NCBI GenBank assembly: GCA_039798785.1
Contig: JBDKFG010000012.1
Location: 12,221-76,220, forward strand
From: Verrucomicrobiota bacterium
GTDB lineage: Bacteria; Verrucomicrobiota; Lentisphaeria; Lentisphaerales; Lentisphaeraceae
Length of the DNA stretch: 64,000 nt
Direction: 5' to 3'
This document shows positions 9,415 through 18,787 of this stretch, one piece after another. The notes beneath the pieces were generated by a model. The model ran no database searches. It saw nothing but the letters and a program-made list of their open reading frames with translations, and was not told the DNA's origin. The translations under genes and the position numbers were made by a program. Position 1 is the stretch's first letter, and the number at the start of each line of letters is the position of its first letter.

Positions 9415-12400
9415 TCAACGGCCGCTGCTGAAGAGGTTGAGCTCCTGTAGAGGAATCGCTTCATCGTCTTTTTTCTTCTTTTCCTTATTGCCAAGGAGCA
9501 GGGTCAGACGATAGCGGTCGCTGCGGCTCTCCGGCAATTCGCGGGTCTCGAGGCCGCCCTCCGCAACCAGCTGCCAGTGTCCCTCGACCCAGGCCTCGAG
9601 GCGGAAGGCGCGGCTCTTGCCTATTTCTTTTTCGCCCCACAGGAAATTGACATGATCTACCTTTTCCGCCCGAGCCAAAGTATAGACGAATTCGATCTCG
9701 CCATTGTCGTTCTCCGAAGCAGGGGAAATCTTGATCCCGGTGGACGGGTCGTTGTCGATCAGGTTCCGCTTCAGCCCTTCCTTGTCTGTGACGCGAGGAG
9801 AGTTGCAGACGATGGATTGGATCTTGGCGCGCCAGTCGGCGTTGTCGAGCAAAGTCAGGTTGAGGATTTCGGGCAAGGCAGCTTTTGCCAGTTGCACTTC
9901 CGCTTGGCATTCGCGTCCGGCGATCACCGGCCAGAAGGCGCGCTTGCTTACCTCGTAGCGGTCCTTGCCAGACTGGATATAAAAGGGCGATGGGATGAAT
10001 CCATTGATCGTCTCGCCGCAAGGCAAGGTGAGGCAGGCCTCGGAACCGGCCGGTTGGCGGGCGATCCACCCCCGGACGGTGATGGGATTGCTGATCACGC
10101 CTTGCCGGCTGGTGTCGACAGTTCTTGAGTAACTCAGGGTTTTACCGTTGAGAAGGTACTCCACCTGAAGTGTGATCTTGGAAGCGACCGCCCAAGCTGG
10201 CAAGGTTGTACTTTTTGATAATGTCAATTGCTCGCTTTTGAGTCCCATCAATTTCAAGACGGGCTTCTGAAGTCCAATATTGACGCCGGTGAAATCCATT
10301 TCCTTTCGATTGCGGCTAGGTGGCTCGCACGCAAGGTTCACAGAAGTTTCAGAGGCGTCCAATTCCTCTCCACTATGAATGCTTTTCTTCTTCTTTTTCT
10401 TTTTCTTCCCGCTATCCTCAACGACCTCGTCCCCGGCTGTGAGCGCGAGCGAGTAAGTGATCCCGGTGAGAGTCTCGATGGCCAAGCCTCTGGCGTCGCC
10501 GGCGAGCTGCGGCGCTGCCAACAGATCGGCCAGGACGGTGGCCATGGAGGCGTCACCAAGCTTTTGAACTTCATCTCCCAGGCTCGGGCCCTCGGGCAGG
10601 GCGGCGAGCCGGGTGGAAAACACGCTCAAGGAGGACGGACACTGCGAGCCCAGCAACTGCTGCACGCAACAGCAGCGGTCGAAAAGGGTTTTACGCTGCC
10701 AGAATCCATAGCTGTCGGAAACCTTCTGCGGCTCGAATTTCTGAGGCATGAAACGAGGATCGCCAGTGATGGCCATGTTGCGGCGGGTCGCGTTGAGGAC
10801 CAGCACCATGGCTGCAGTTCGCCACCACAAGCCTAGCACTCGCTCGCCGCCTTGGTGGTCGAGCACTTCCAGCGGGTTTTGCACGAAGCCGCCGTTGTCC
10901 CAGGGGCGGTCCATGCACAAACGCCATTTGAAGAGCTGCATGTGCTGAGCAAAGAGCTCCTTGTCGGAGCGCGCCAAGGCAAGGCTGTTCCATACCAGGG
11001 CCATGTAGCTGACCGCATGGGCGGTGTCGGCCGCGCCGAGGTATTCCCGCAGGTGGGCGGTGGCTTTGTCGGCGAAACCCTGGTTGCCTCCATAGATGCG
11101 GACGCCGAGCAAAGCCGGACCGGTGCGGGCGCCGCTGTTCTTGCTCTCACGGCTTCGGCCTCCTTCTTCATTAAGTGCGGCCCGCCCATAGGGGACCGCT
11201 CCGTTCGGCGACATCCGCGCCAACTGATCGAAGATCGCCGAGATCTTGGCGCGGTCACAGCTGATTGGCGTCTTCGACGCGACGGCCATCGCCAAGGCGA
11301 CGTTCGAGGTGCCTAGGTTCATCCCTGAGTTTTCATAGGCGGGTACCCGCCCGCCATGCCCTGCGGTATTGTCTCCCAACATCTGATTCATCACCTCGTG
11401 ATATAAGCTCTGGATCGCCGGCAGGTAGCGATCATCACGGTAACGCAGCCAATATTCGGACAGGAACAGCAGGCACTGAGCCTTTGGCAGAGTCCAGAAA
11501 TCGTAGGTGCAGTGGAAGGCGATGAACCGCGCCGCCTTGTGGATGGCCGGATCGTATTTGGCATCTCCCATGCTCAGCAACGCCAAGCCCGCCATTGAGG
11601 TGTCGAAGTGCCGTCCGCAAAAATCTTTGTCGCGACTCCAGGTGCCGTCCGGCCCCTGGTTTGCCACCAGGAAATCGGCGTTCAAACGAGCCAAGGCCGC
11701 CGATTTCGCGCAGTTCTCGGGATAGCTGGAGGCAAAGCTGCCCCAAACCGGCAGGCGAATCGCCACCTCTTGCAGGTGAGGGCGCAGACTCGCGGGGATC
11801 TCGATCACCGCCGCCGGCTTGAATTCTAATTTCAACTCCAGATCGCCCTGGTTGTAGTTCCGGGGGTTGTTCAGAGCTAAAACGAAACTCTCGGCGTTCT
11901 TGGGAATCTCCAGTTGGATCGTCAAGCTTTCCGCAGAGTTTTGACGGTGCAGCTCGTCTTTGATGCTCTCCACCGGCTTGCCGCGCCGGCTTGCCGCCAA
12001 AGTGACATGTCGGCCCCCTGCGCAGGTAAATCCGCTTTCCGGCTTCAGATTGAAGGCCACGATCTCCTTTTTTGTCGGGTTGCGCAAGCTGAGGATCAAG
12101 GTTCCTTTGCGACCCGCGACAGGGATTTCCAGCCGCTTGTCATTGGCAACGCTTCCGCTCTCCAGAATTTGCGGGGGAGTGGCTGTGAACTTCGCCTGCT
12201 GTTTTACTGCCGGACTCATGCCTGAGGTGCGCAGGACCTTGAAGGTCATCAGACCCTGCGGATGGCCTTCGCTCTTGTCAATCATATCGCCCATGTGGGC
12301 GTTGAGCCCTCGATTGCCCTTGTAAACATAATCCTCTTCCCAGTAATCCTGACCGGAAAGGAGACGCTCACCGTTCACTTCGTAAATGATATCTCCTGGC

Positions 12401-12837
12401 AAAAGCAGGCCAGCAGCCGGCGACCCAGGATAGATTGAGGCCACTTCGTAGCAATTCAGCGCCAACTCGCCTTTATTATCCAGCATGAAGGGAGGTACCG
12501 CCTTCTTGAAAAAGGGGCGGAAATGCTCTGTCCAGTAGCGATCGTGCATCAAGCAGCGAAGCCCCAATGGCCCAAAGGTGAACTGCATATCCGTGCGCAA
12601 AACCTCGAGCGACATCTTGGCCTCGGAGAAATAGGTGGCCCAAGGCGCGGGATGGAGCCGGTACCAATCGTGGAGATCGACGGGATGGGCGCTGGGGAGG
12701 TGCGGGGTATTGCCTGGTTTTTGAGTGGGTGAAGGAGCTGCTTTGCCTGCCTCGGGCGATGCCATCATGGGCTGCAAGCCAGACAACATGACGCATCCGA
12801 AAAGCAAAGGGAAAAAGCTACTGAGTTTTTTCGACAT
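9415..12837 (-). CDS. Large secreted DUF6288-like protein: PDZ + alpha/alpha barrel + C-terminal discoidin-like domain
   Basis: Signal peptide, PDZ 'YPGSPAAGLLLPGDIIYEVNG', barrel 'LVANQGPDGTW...TSMAGLALL', and C-terminal 'NLIDNDPST...FRLEAW'. An AGGAG RBS precedes 12837. Confidence 0.65.
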   Translation of the reverse strand: MSKKLSSFFPLLFGCVMLSGLQPMMASPEAGKAAPSPTQKPGNTPHLPSAHPVDLHDWYRLHPAPWATYFSEAKMSLEVLRTDMQFTFGPLGLRCLMHDRYWTEHFRPFFKKAVPPFMLDNKGELALNCYEVASIYPGSPAAGLLLPGDIIYEVNGERLLSGQDYWEEDYVYKGNRGLNAHMGDMIDKSEGHPQGLMTFKVLRTSGMSPAVKQQAKFTATPPQILESGSVANDKRLEIPVAGRKGTLILSLRNPTKKEIVAFNLKPESGFTCAGGRHVTLAASRRGKPVESIKDELHRQNSAESLTIQLEIPKNAESFVLALNNPRNYNQGDLELKLEFKPAAVIEIPASLRPHLQEVAIRLPVWGSFASSYPENCAKSAALARLNADFLVANQGPDGTWSRDKDFCGRHFDTSMAGLALLSMGDAKYDPAIHKAARFIAFHCTYDFWTLPKAQCLLFLSEYWLRYRDDRYLPAIQSLYHEVMNQMLGDNTAGHGGRVPAYENSGMNLGTSNVALAMAVASKTPISCDRAKISAIFDQLARMSPNGAVPYGRAALNEEGGRSRESKNSGARTGPALLGVRIYGGNQGFADKATAHLREYLGAADTAHAVSYMALVWNSLALARSDKELFAQHMQLFKWRLCMDRPWDNGGFVQNPLEVLDHQGGERVLGLWWRTAAMVLVLNATRRNMAITGDPRFMPQKFEPQKVSDSYGFWQRKTLFDRCCCVQQLLGSQCPSSLSVFSTRLAALPEGPSLGDEVQKLGDASMATVLADLLAAPQLAGDARGLAIETLTGITYSLALTAGDEVVEDSGKKKKKKKKSIHSGEELDASETSVNLACEPPSRNRKEMDFTGVNIGLQKPVLKLMGLKSEQLTLSKSTTLPAWAVASKITLQVEYLLNGKTLSYSRTVDTSRQGVISNPITVRGWIARQPAGSEACLTLPCGETINGFIPSPFYIQSGKDRYEVSKRAFWPVIAGRECQAEVQLAKAALPEILNLTLLDNADWRAKIQSIVCNSPRVTDKEGLKRNLIDNDPSTGIKISPASENDNGEIEFVYTLARAEKVDHVNFLWGEKEIGKSRAFRLEAWVEGHWQLVAEGGLETRELPESRSDRYRLTLLLGNKEKKKKDDEAIPLQELNLFSSGR

Positions 12838-12884
12838 CGGGAGTCTCCTAGGTTGATGATTTTTGAGATTCTGCATCAAACCAT

Positions 12885-12911
12885 GTATGACGGTCTAGGA
12901 GGCTCTTTGAC
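12885..12911 (-). promoter_or_regulatory. Putative ECF-type promoter GTCAAA-N14-GTCATAC
   Basis: Third copy of the motif, with an unrelated spacer sequence, just downstream of the kinase gene. Confidence 0.6.
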
Positions 12912-12958
12912 TGGGATCTCATTTTTTGCACCCAGGAGGATTGCCGGCATATTAAGAA

Positions 12959-15022
12959 TCACAAATCATTAACAGAAAATGATTTACGAGCACGAAGCTT
13001 GCGAATCCATTCAGGGGGGATCAACGCGCGACTTACGCTGAGACTGCGGAGTGCAGGGAAGCTGCGGACATTGAGAAGGTCGGGAACGAAAGTATCGCGC
13101 AAGATCAGAATTTGCAGTGAGCTGTGCGGGATGTTCTCAATTGAGTCGATGCGGCAGGAGCTCAGGTCAAGCTCAAGCAGCGCTGGCATACTGACATCCT
13201 CCAGGCTGCGCACCGAGCTGCGAGCGAGCGAGAGTCGCTCAAGGCGGCACTCATGGAAGGCGGCAAGATCCCTCACCGAGCAGCCGCTAAGATCGAGCTC
13301 GCGGAGGTCCAGTCCCGCCAGGCAATCGATGTTGACGAGAAACGGGTTGCCGCTGAGATCAAGCGATTGGGCTTCTGGGTCAAAGACCGCCTTCAGTTCG
13401 CTGAGACCGGGATTGCGTAACAACAGAAAGCGTTTCGCCAGCTGCCAGGACTTCTCGGAATCTGGCTGGCGGGCCACCATGTCCTTCATCATGTAGCGCG
13501 AGATGGTGTTGTCGTTGGGCAGGCGGGAGATGAAGCTTACGAAATCTTCAATGGGCAGGCAGCCACTGGCAGGATCGACATCCTGAGCGAAACGGCGACA
13601 GTCCGCCAGGTAATAATTGCGATAGTAGTCGTTGGCATGCTCGAAGTAAGGGATGGCTTCGGCAAAGCGTTGTGCCTGGAATAGGAGCTTGCCCTGCAGA
13701 GTGTTGGCCTTCACATTCTGCGGATCGAAGGTAAGCGCTTTTTCATTGCAGGATTGCGCCTCCCGCAATTGCAGCTTGATGAAGGCTCGGTTGGCCAAAT
13801 TGGCGTAGTTCTCCGCCAATTCCATGCTGCGTTTCTCGGCATTTTGACGTTCCTTGTGGTAGCCATCAAGCGCCTGTTCGATCTGCTCCTTCTGGATGGC
13901 GAGCAGATTGAGGTGGATCTGCTGCTGCCGGATGAAGAGGGCGGTGTACACGAGCAGCGACAGCAGCATCAAAGCTGCCATCAGGCAGAGCGTCTGGTTT
14001 CGTTTGAGGAAAAGCAACAGCAGGCGCCCGGGCCGGGCTCGTTCAGCCCGGGTGGCAAAGCCCTGCTGCCAAGCGGAAATGTCATCGAGAATCTCTCCAC
14101 AATCGGCATAGCGATGCTCAGGGCTCACATCGAGGCAGCGGCGGCAAATCGCCTCTAGGGCCATCGGGACCGGGTCTTGCCCGGGGGAGTGAATCGGACG
14201 AATCTGTCCTTTCAGGGTATTAGACCTGATCTCCTCGAAACTGCCGCCTGGCACCGGCACCTCACCGCTCAACAAGGTGTGCAGGATGGCCCCCAACCCG
14301 TAGATGTCGGTGGCGACCGTCTTTGGCGCCGCATGGCCGAGGACCTGTTCAGGCGCCATGTAGCCGGGAGTTCCCTTGATCTCGCCATGGCGGGTGAGCA
14401 AATGCAGTTCTGCAGTCTCCAAGGCGGCATCCTCGAGTAGACTCGCCTCCGCCGCCTCGGCGCAGACGAGACGGGCCAGACCCCAGTCGCACACCGTCAC
14501 CTCGCCGTAGTCGCCAATCAGGATGTTGGCGGGCTTCAGATCGAGATGCAAAACCCCTTGGCGGTGGGCATAAGAAATCGCCTCGCAAATCTTCCGAAAA
14601 ATCGCCACCCGTTCGCCGAGGGAGGGATTGCGCTGACTGAGATGACTCTGCAGGTCACTGCCGCTCAGTCGCTTCATGACGAAGAACGGGCGCCCCTCCG
14701 CGTCCACGCCGATATCGTAGACCGGGACGATGTTGGGATGCTGCAGCGAGGCGGTGATGCGGGCTTCGCGGAGGAAGAGCTCGACCGCTTCAGGGCCGAG
14801 ACCGTCCTGCAGTCGCGCCAGCGCCACCTGCCGCCCAGCCGCCAGATCCCGGCATTGGTAAATCTCCTTCATCCCGCCACGACCGATCAAGGACTCGACG
14901 ACATAGCGATCAGGCAGGTCAAGCAGCTGTTCAAAGAGGCTGCCGTTCTCGACTTGCCGCATCTCCCCCGCCCGCTTGTAAAGCTGCTCGCAGAAGTTTG
15001 TTTCGTCAGGAAAACCGTTCAC
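12959..15022 (-). CDS. Hanks-type Ser/Thr protein kinase with TM, TPR and C-terminal leucine-rich repeats
   Basis: 'GRGGMKEI', 'HPNIVPVYD', 'HLDLKPANIL', 'DWGLA', 'GTPGYMAPEQ', a TM helix, and LRRs such as 'LRELDLSGCSV'. Confidence 0.92.
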   Translation of the reverse strand: MNGFPDETNFCEQLYKRAGEMRQVENGSLFEQLLDLPDRYVVESLIGRGGMKEIYQCRDLAAGRQVALARLQDGLGPEAVELFLREARITASLQHPNIVPVYDIGVDAEGRPFFVMKRLSGSDLQSHLSQRNPSLGERVAIFRKICEAISYAHRQGVLHLDLKPANILIGDYGEVTVCDWGLARLVCAEAAEASLLEDAALETAELHLLTRHGEIKGTPGYMAPEQVLGHAAPKTVATDIYGLGAILHTLLSGEVPVPGGSFEEIRSNTLKGQIRPIHSPGQDPVPMALEAICRRCLDVSPEHRYADCGEILDDISAWQQGFATRAERARPGRLLLLFLKRNQTLCLMAALMLLSLLVYTALFIRQQQIHLNLLAIQKEQIEQALDGYHKERQNAEKRSMELAENYANLANRAFIKLQLREAQSCNEKALTFDPQNVKANTLQGKLLFQAQRFAEAIPYFEHANDYYRNYYLADCRRFAQDVDPASGCLPIEDFVSFISRLPNDNTISRYMMKDMVARQPDSEKSWQLAKRFLLLRNPGLSELKAVFDPEAQSLDLSGNPFLVNIDCLAGLDLRELDLSGCSVRDLAAFHECRLERLSLARSSVRSLEDVSMPALLELDLSSCRIDSIENIPHSSLQILILRDTFVPDLLNVRSFPALRSLSVSRALIPPEWIRKLRARKSFSVNDL

Positions 15023-15130
15023 GCCGGGCCTCGATGTTTTTCGACACTAACCCCGCCCCGGACGGAGACAAGCCCCTTGGCAAAGCGGCAATACGGCCGT
15101 AGTGGTGTCAGCGATCATCAGGGGAAGCGC

Positions 15131-15706
15131 ATGTCTGAGAATTTCACCCGCAAGACCTTGCTGAAAAAACTTCAGGACCGCCATGATGAGCAAGCCTGGG
15201 GGGAGTTCGACCACCTCTACCGTCGCTACATCGCCGCGGTTCTGCGCCGTATGAACATCCTCGGCACTGATGCCGACGACGTGATCCAGCGCGTCCTGCT
15301 GCAGTCCTGGCGCACACTGCCTGATTTCACTTACGAGCCCGGCAAGGGGCGCTTCCGCAGCTGGCTCGCGGTGATGACTCGCAACGAAGCCAAGATGGAG
15401 CTGCGCCGCAAGGAACGGCAAACTCGCACCGTTCCGGCGGATGCCCCGGAATGGCTCGATCCCGAGATCGAAAGCATGGCCGAATCGGAATGGCGCAAAT
15501 ACGTCGTCGGCCTCGCCTGGGAGCATGTCTCCGCAGGTCTGGCGCCCAAGGTGCGAGCCGCCTACGAGGCGATCCAACGCGGCGACGAAATCAAGGACGT
15601 CGCCGAAGCCCTCCAATTGCAGGAGAATTCGATCTACGTCTACCGCCAAAGGGTCGAAAAGATGATCTGCAAGGAAATCCTGCGCCTGGATGCGAATTTG
15701 AGCTGA
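15131..15706 (+). CDS. ECF RNA polymerase sigma factor (PVC kinase-associated type)
   Basis: 'TRKTLLKKL..DEQAWGEF...DADDVIQ...FTYEPGKGRFRSWL' and region 4 'VAEALQLQENSIYVYRQRV'. Divergent from the kinase. Confidence 0.9.
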   Translation: MSENFTRKTLLKKLQDRHDEQAWGEFDHLYRRYIAAVLRRMNILGTDADDVIQRVLLQSWRTLPDFTYEPGKGRFRSWLAVMTRNEAKMELRRKERQTRTVPADAPEWLDPEIESMAESEWRKYVVGLAWEHVSAGLAPKVRAAYEAIQRGDEIKDVAEALQLQENSIYVYRQRVEKMICKEILRLDANLS

Positions 15707-15784
15707 TTCGGCTGGAACTTGTCGCCTCGCCTACAGCTCCTAAGCACAGAAAAAAGTCCCTATTTTAAAAAACAGGAGATCTTG

Positions 15785-17149
15785 ATGAGAACCTTCCTCC
15801 TTGGCCTCGGCCTCGCCTCTTTCAGCTCTTGCGCTTCATCTCCATCCGCCGCACCGCTGATCTCTTCAGCATCATCCCAGGCGGAAAAGGACGCCGCCTC
15901 GGTCCAGCGCCGCGCCTGGTTCGAGGATGCGCGTTTCGGACTTTTCATGCACTGGGGCCTTTACAGCGCCCTCGAAGGCTCGTGGAAGGACCGGACCCTG
16001 CCCGATCCCAGCCTGCCTCACGGCAAGAGCTGGTACGCCGAATGGATCCAAAAACGCCTCGAAATTCCCGACGCCGAATACCGCGCCCTGGCCAAGGGTT
16101 TCAACCCGGTCCACTTCGAAGCCGAAGCCCTCGTCCTCGAAGCCAAACGCGCCGGGATGAAATACATCGCCCTCACCGCCAAGCACCACGACGGCTTCGC
16201 CCTCTGGGACAGCGCCGTCTCTGACTTCGACCTCGGCGCCACTCCCTGCAAACGCGACCTCCTGGACGAACTCGCCCATGCCTGCCGCACACACGGAATC
16301 AAGCTCGGCTTCTACTACTCGCACTGGATGGACTGGGAGCACCCCGGCGGCGTCCGCCCCGACTGGCCCGACAGCCGCCAGCCCGATGAGGCCCAGTTCG
16401 AAAGCTACTGGAAGGGCAAGGCCCTGCCGCAAATCAGCGAACTCATCGCCCGCTACGATCCCGATCTCTTCTGGTTCGACACCTGGGGCACCGAAGGTGG
16501 CCAGATCACGCCGAAACGTCGCGACGAACTGATCGACCTGATCCGCCGCGAATCACCGAAATGCCTGATCAACGGACGCATCTGCTTCCATGACCCCGGC
16601 AATGACGTCGACTTCCTTGAGATGGGCGACAACCAGTATCCCAAGACCTGGCCCGGCAAGCCCTGGCAGTCACCCGCCACCATGCAACATTCCTGGGGCT
16701 ATCACGCCAAGGACTTCGCTTGGAAACCCAGCGGCGAGATGATCCGCCTTCTTTCCCAATGCAGCTCTCTCGGCGGCAACTACCTGCTCAACATCGGCCC
16801 GAAGGCCGACGGCTCGATTCCCGCACCGGCCACCCGCCGCCTCCGCGAGATCGGCGGCTGGATGGCGGCCAACGCCCCCTCCATCCAGAACACCAGCCGC
16901 CTCGGCGCCGCACCCTGGGGCTGGTGGACCGCTTCAAAAGACGGCAGCCGCCTCTACGCACATGTCCACCGCTGGCCCGCCGACGGACTCCTGCCTCTGG
17001 GGGAACTCGAGGACGAATTCCGTTCCGCCCGGATTCTCGAGACCGGCATGAGCCTTGAGCTGTTGCAGCGCCAGAACGAACGATTCCTCGCCATCCCGCA
17101 AGCCGCACCGGACCCATGGAACACAGTGATTGAACTCACCCGGCAATAG
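15785..17149 (+). CDS. Alpha-L-fucosidase (GH29), probable lipoprotein
   Basis: 'WFEDARFGLFMHWG', 'AKHHDGFALW', 'WFD', 'GGNYLLNIGP'. Confidence 0.92.
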   Translation: MRTFLLGLGLASFSSCASSPSAAPLISSASSQAEKDAASVQRRAWFEDARFGLFMHWGLYSALEGSWKDRTLPDPSLPHGKSWYAEWIQKRLEIPDAEYRALAKGFNPVHFEAEALVLEAKRAGMKYIALTAKHHDGFALWDSAVSDFDLGATPCKRDLLDELAHACRTHGIKLGFYYSHWMDWEHPGGVRPDWPDSRQPDEAQFESYWKGKALPQISELIARYDPDLFWFDTWGTEGGQITPKRRDELIDLIRRESPKCLINGRICFHDPGNDVDFLEMGDNQYPKTWPGKPWQSPATMQHSWGYHAKDFAWKPSGEMIRLLSQCSSLGGNYLLNIGPKADGSIPAPATRRLREIGGWMAANAPSIQNTSRLGAAPWGWWTASKDGSRLYAHVHRWPADGLLPLGELEDEFRSARILETGMSLELLQRQNERFLAIPQAAPDPWNTVIELTRQ

Positions 17150-17193
17150 ACCCTCGCCGGTTTCACGACACCCCAAAAGTCACGGAGACTCCC

Positions 17194-18741
17194 ATGCGCC
17201 TTGCCGCCTGCCTTCTCGCGATCTGCTCTTGCTCGACGCCCCGGCACTGGCCCTCCGCCGCCGGACCTCAGGGCGACTGGAATATGCGGTCATCACAAAA
17301 CCCGCCGCAGCACTTCAGCGTCCGCAGCGGCGAGAACATCGCCTGGAAACTCACCCTGCCGGAAGCGGGACAGAGCGGCCTCTGCATCTGGGGCGACAAG
17401 ATTTTCCTGACCTGCCTCAAACCCGTGTCCGACGCTAAACCTGCCTCACTGATGGTCAAGGACATCCTCGCCCTCTGTGTCGATCGCAAAAGCGGCAGGA
17501 TCCTCTGGCAGCGAGACATCCCCGGCCAGCTCGCCGGCGAAGCCATGTCCGGCTTCAGCGACCCGAGCTCGCCGACGCCGGTCTGCGACGGCCAGCGGGT
17601 CATCTTCACCAACGCCGCCGGACGCGTCGCCGCCTTCGATTTCAAAGGTGCTGCGCTCTGGGCTTTTGATTTCCAACCAGTCGAACGTCTGGACGGGGTG
17701 CACTTCCCCTTCAACAAACAAGTCGAACCGATGCTCTCCGAGGGCCTTTTTGTCCACCTCGAACCCGACTGGAAGGGCGAGGCCGGCCCGTCCGGCTGGA
17801 ACCGCCTGGTCGCCTACGACGCTGCCAGCGGCGAGCGCCGCTGGTTGTCGCAGGACGCTCTCACCCATTACAACTGCCCGCAGCTCGGGCGGGGACCCGA
17901 TGGCAAGCCGGCCATCCTCATCGGCCGCGGCGGCCACCACGGCGTACCGGAAAAGCCCGTCGGCTATTCACTCATCCGCCTCGCCGACGGCAAGCGCCTC
18001 TGGGCCTGGCCGGCCAAGACCGGCAACGCCCTCTACAACTCGTCGATGGGATCTGAGACTGCCTTCTGGTTCAGCGAGACCGGCACGGTGCAGGCCCTGG
18101 ACGCCGGAACAGGGGGGGAGAGCCGTCTTTACCCCCTCACCGACAAGGTTGAACTGCGCCTCTGGGACGCCGCCACTGGCCGTTACGGCCACGAGCAGGG
18201 CGTCGACCTGAAGTCGCGCAATCTCACCGTCTTTCCCGCCTGGTACAGCAACATCGTCGTCGGCGACAAGATCTTCTTCCTCTGCTTCAAGCCCGGGCGC
18301 TTCCGCCAAGGCATCGGCCCGGACTACTGCGTCGCACGTCTCGATCTGGCCAGCGGCCGTGTCGAATATCTCGAGCTTCCCACCGCCGTTGACACCAGCC
18401 TGGGCAGCCCCGTCTACCGCTGGCGCAGCGAGGCGAAGAGCGACACCCGTAACAGCCGCGGCATCGACGCCGCCCACGACAAGCGTTCCAAGCGCGATGG
18501 ATGGCATTGGAACTTCAATGGCAATCCCATCGCAGTCAATCAGCGGGTCTACTTCACTCTTATGAACGGCCTGGTCTACTGCCTCGCCACCGACACGAGC
18601 GATTTCGACGCATCCGCCCTGCTCGGCGTCAGCGATCTGGGCGCCGCTGAAGGCTGTTGGAGTCTAAACACCCCCAGCTTCGCCGAGGGCGCCCTTTATC
18701 ATCGCACCGCGACAGAGCTGATCGCAATCGAGAAGCGATGA
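17194..18741 (+). CDS. PQQ-binding-like beta-propeller protein
   Basis: 'WPSAAGPQG', 'NIAWKLTLP', 'SPTPVCDG' and repeated 'AYDAASGERRW'-type blades. Confidence 0.8.
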   Translation: MRLAACLLAICSCSTPRHWPSAAGPQGDWNMRSSQNPPQHFSVRSGENIAWKLTLPEAGQSGLCIWGDKIFLTCLKPVSDAKPASLMVKDILALCVDRKSGRILWQRDIPGQLAGEAMSGFSDPSSPTPVCDGQRVIFTNAAGRVAAFDFKGAALWAFDFQPVERLDGVHFPFNKQVEPMLSEGLFVHLEPDWKGEAGPSGWNRLVAYDAASGERRWLSQDALTHYNCPQLGRGPDGKPAILIGRGGHHGVPEKPVGYSLIRLADGKRLWAWPAKTGNALYNSSMGSETAFWFSETGTVQALDAGTGGESRLYPLTDKVELRLWDAATGRYGHEQGVDLKSRNLTVFPAWYSNIVVGDKIFFLCFKPGRFRQGIGPDYCVARLDLASGRVEYLELPTAVDTSLGSPVYRWRSEAKSDTRNSRGIDAAHDKRSKRDGWHWNFNGNPIAVNQRVYFTLMNGLVYCLATDTSDFDASALLGVSDLGAAEGCWSLNTPSFAEGALYHRTATELIAIEKR

Positions 18742-18787
18742 ATCCGGCCGGCCTCAGAGCCGGTCTGGAATCCATTCATTCAATCAA

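Noticed and set aside
14546..15130. N-terminal extension of the sigma factor ORF (386 aa)
   Set aside because: It overlaps the kinase on the opposite strand. ECF homology starts at the ATG at 15131.
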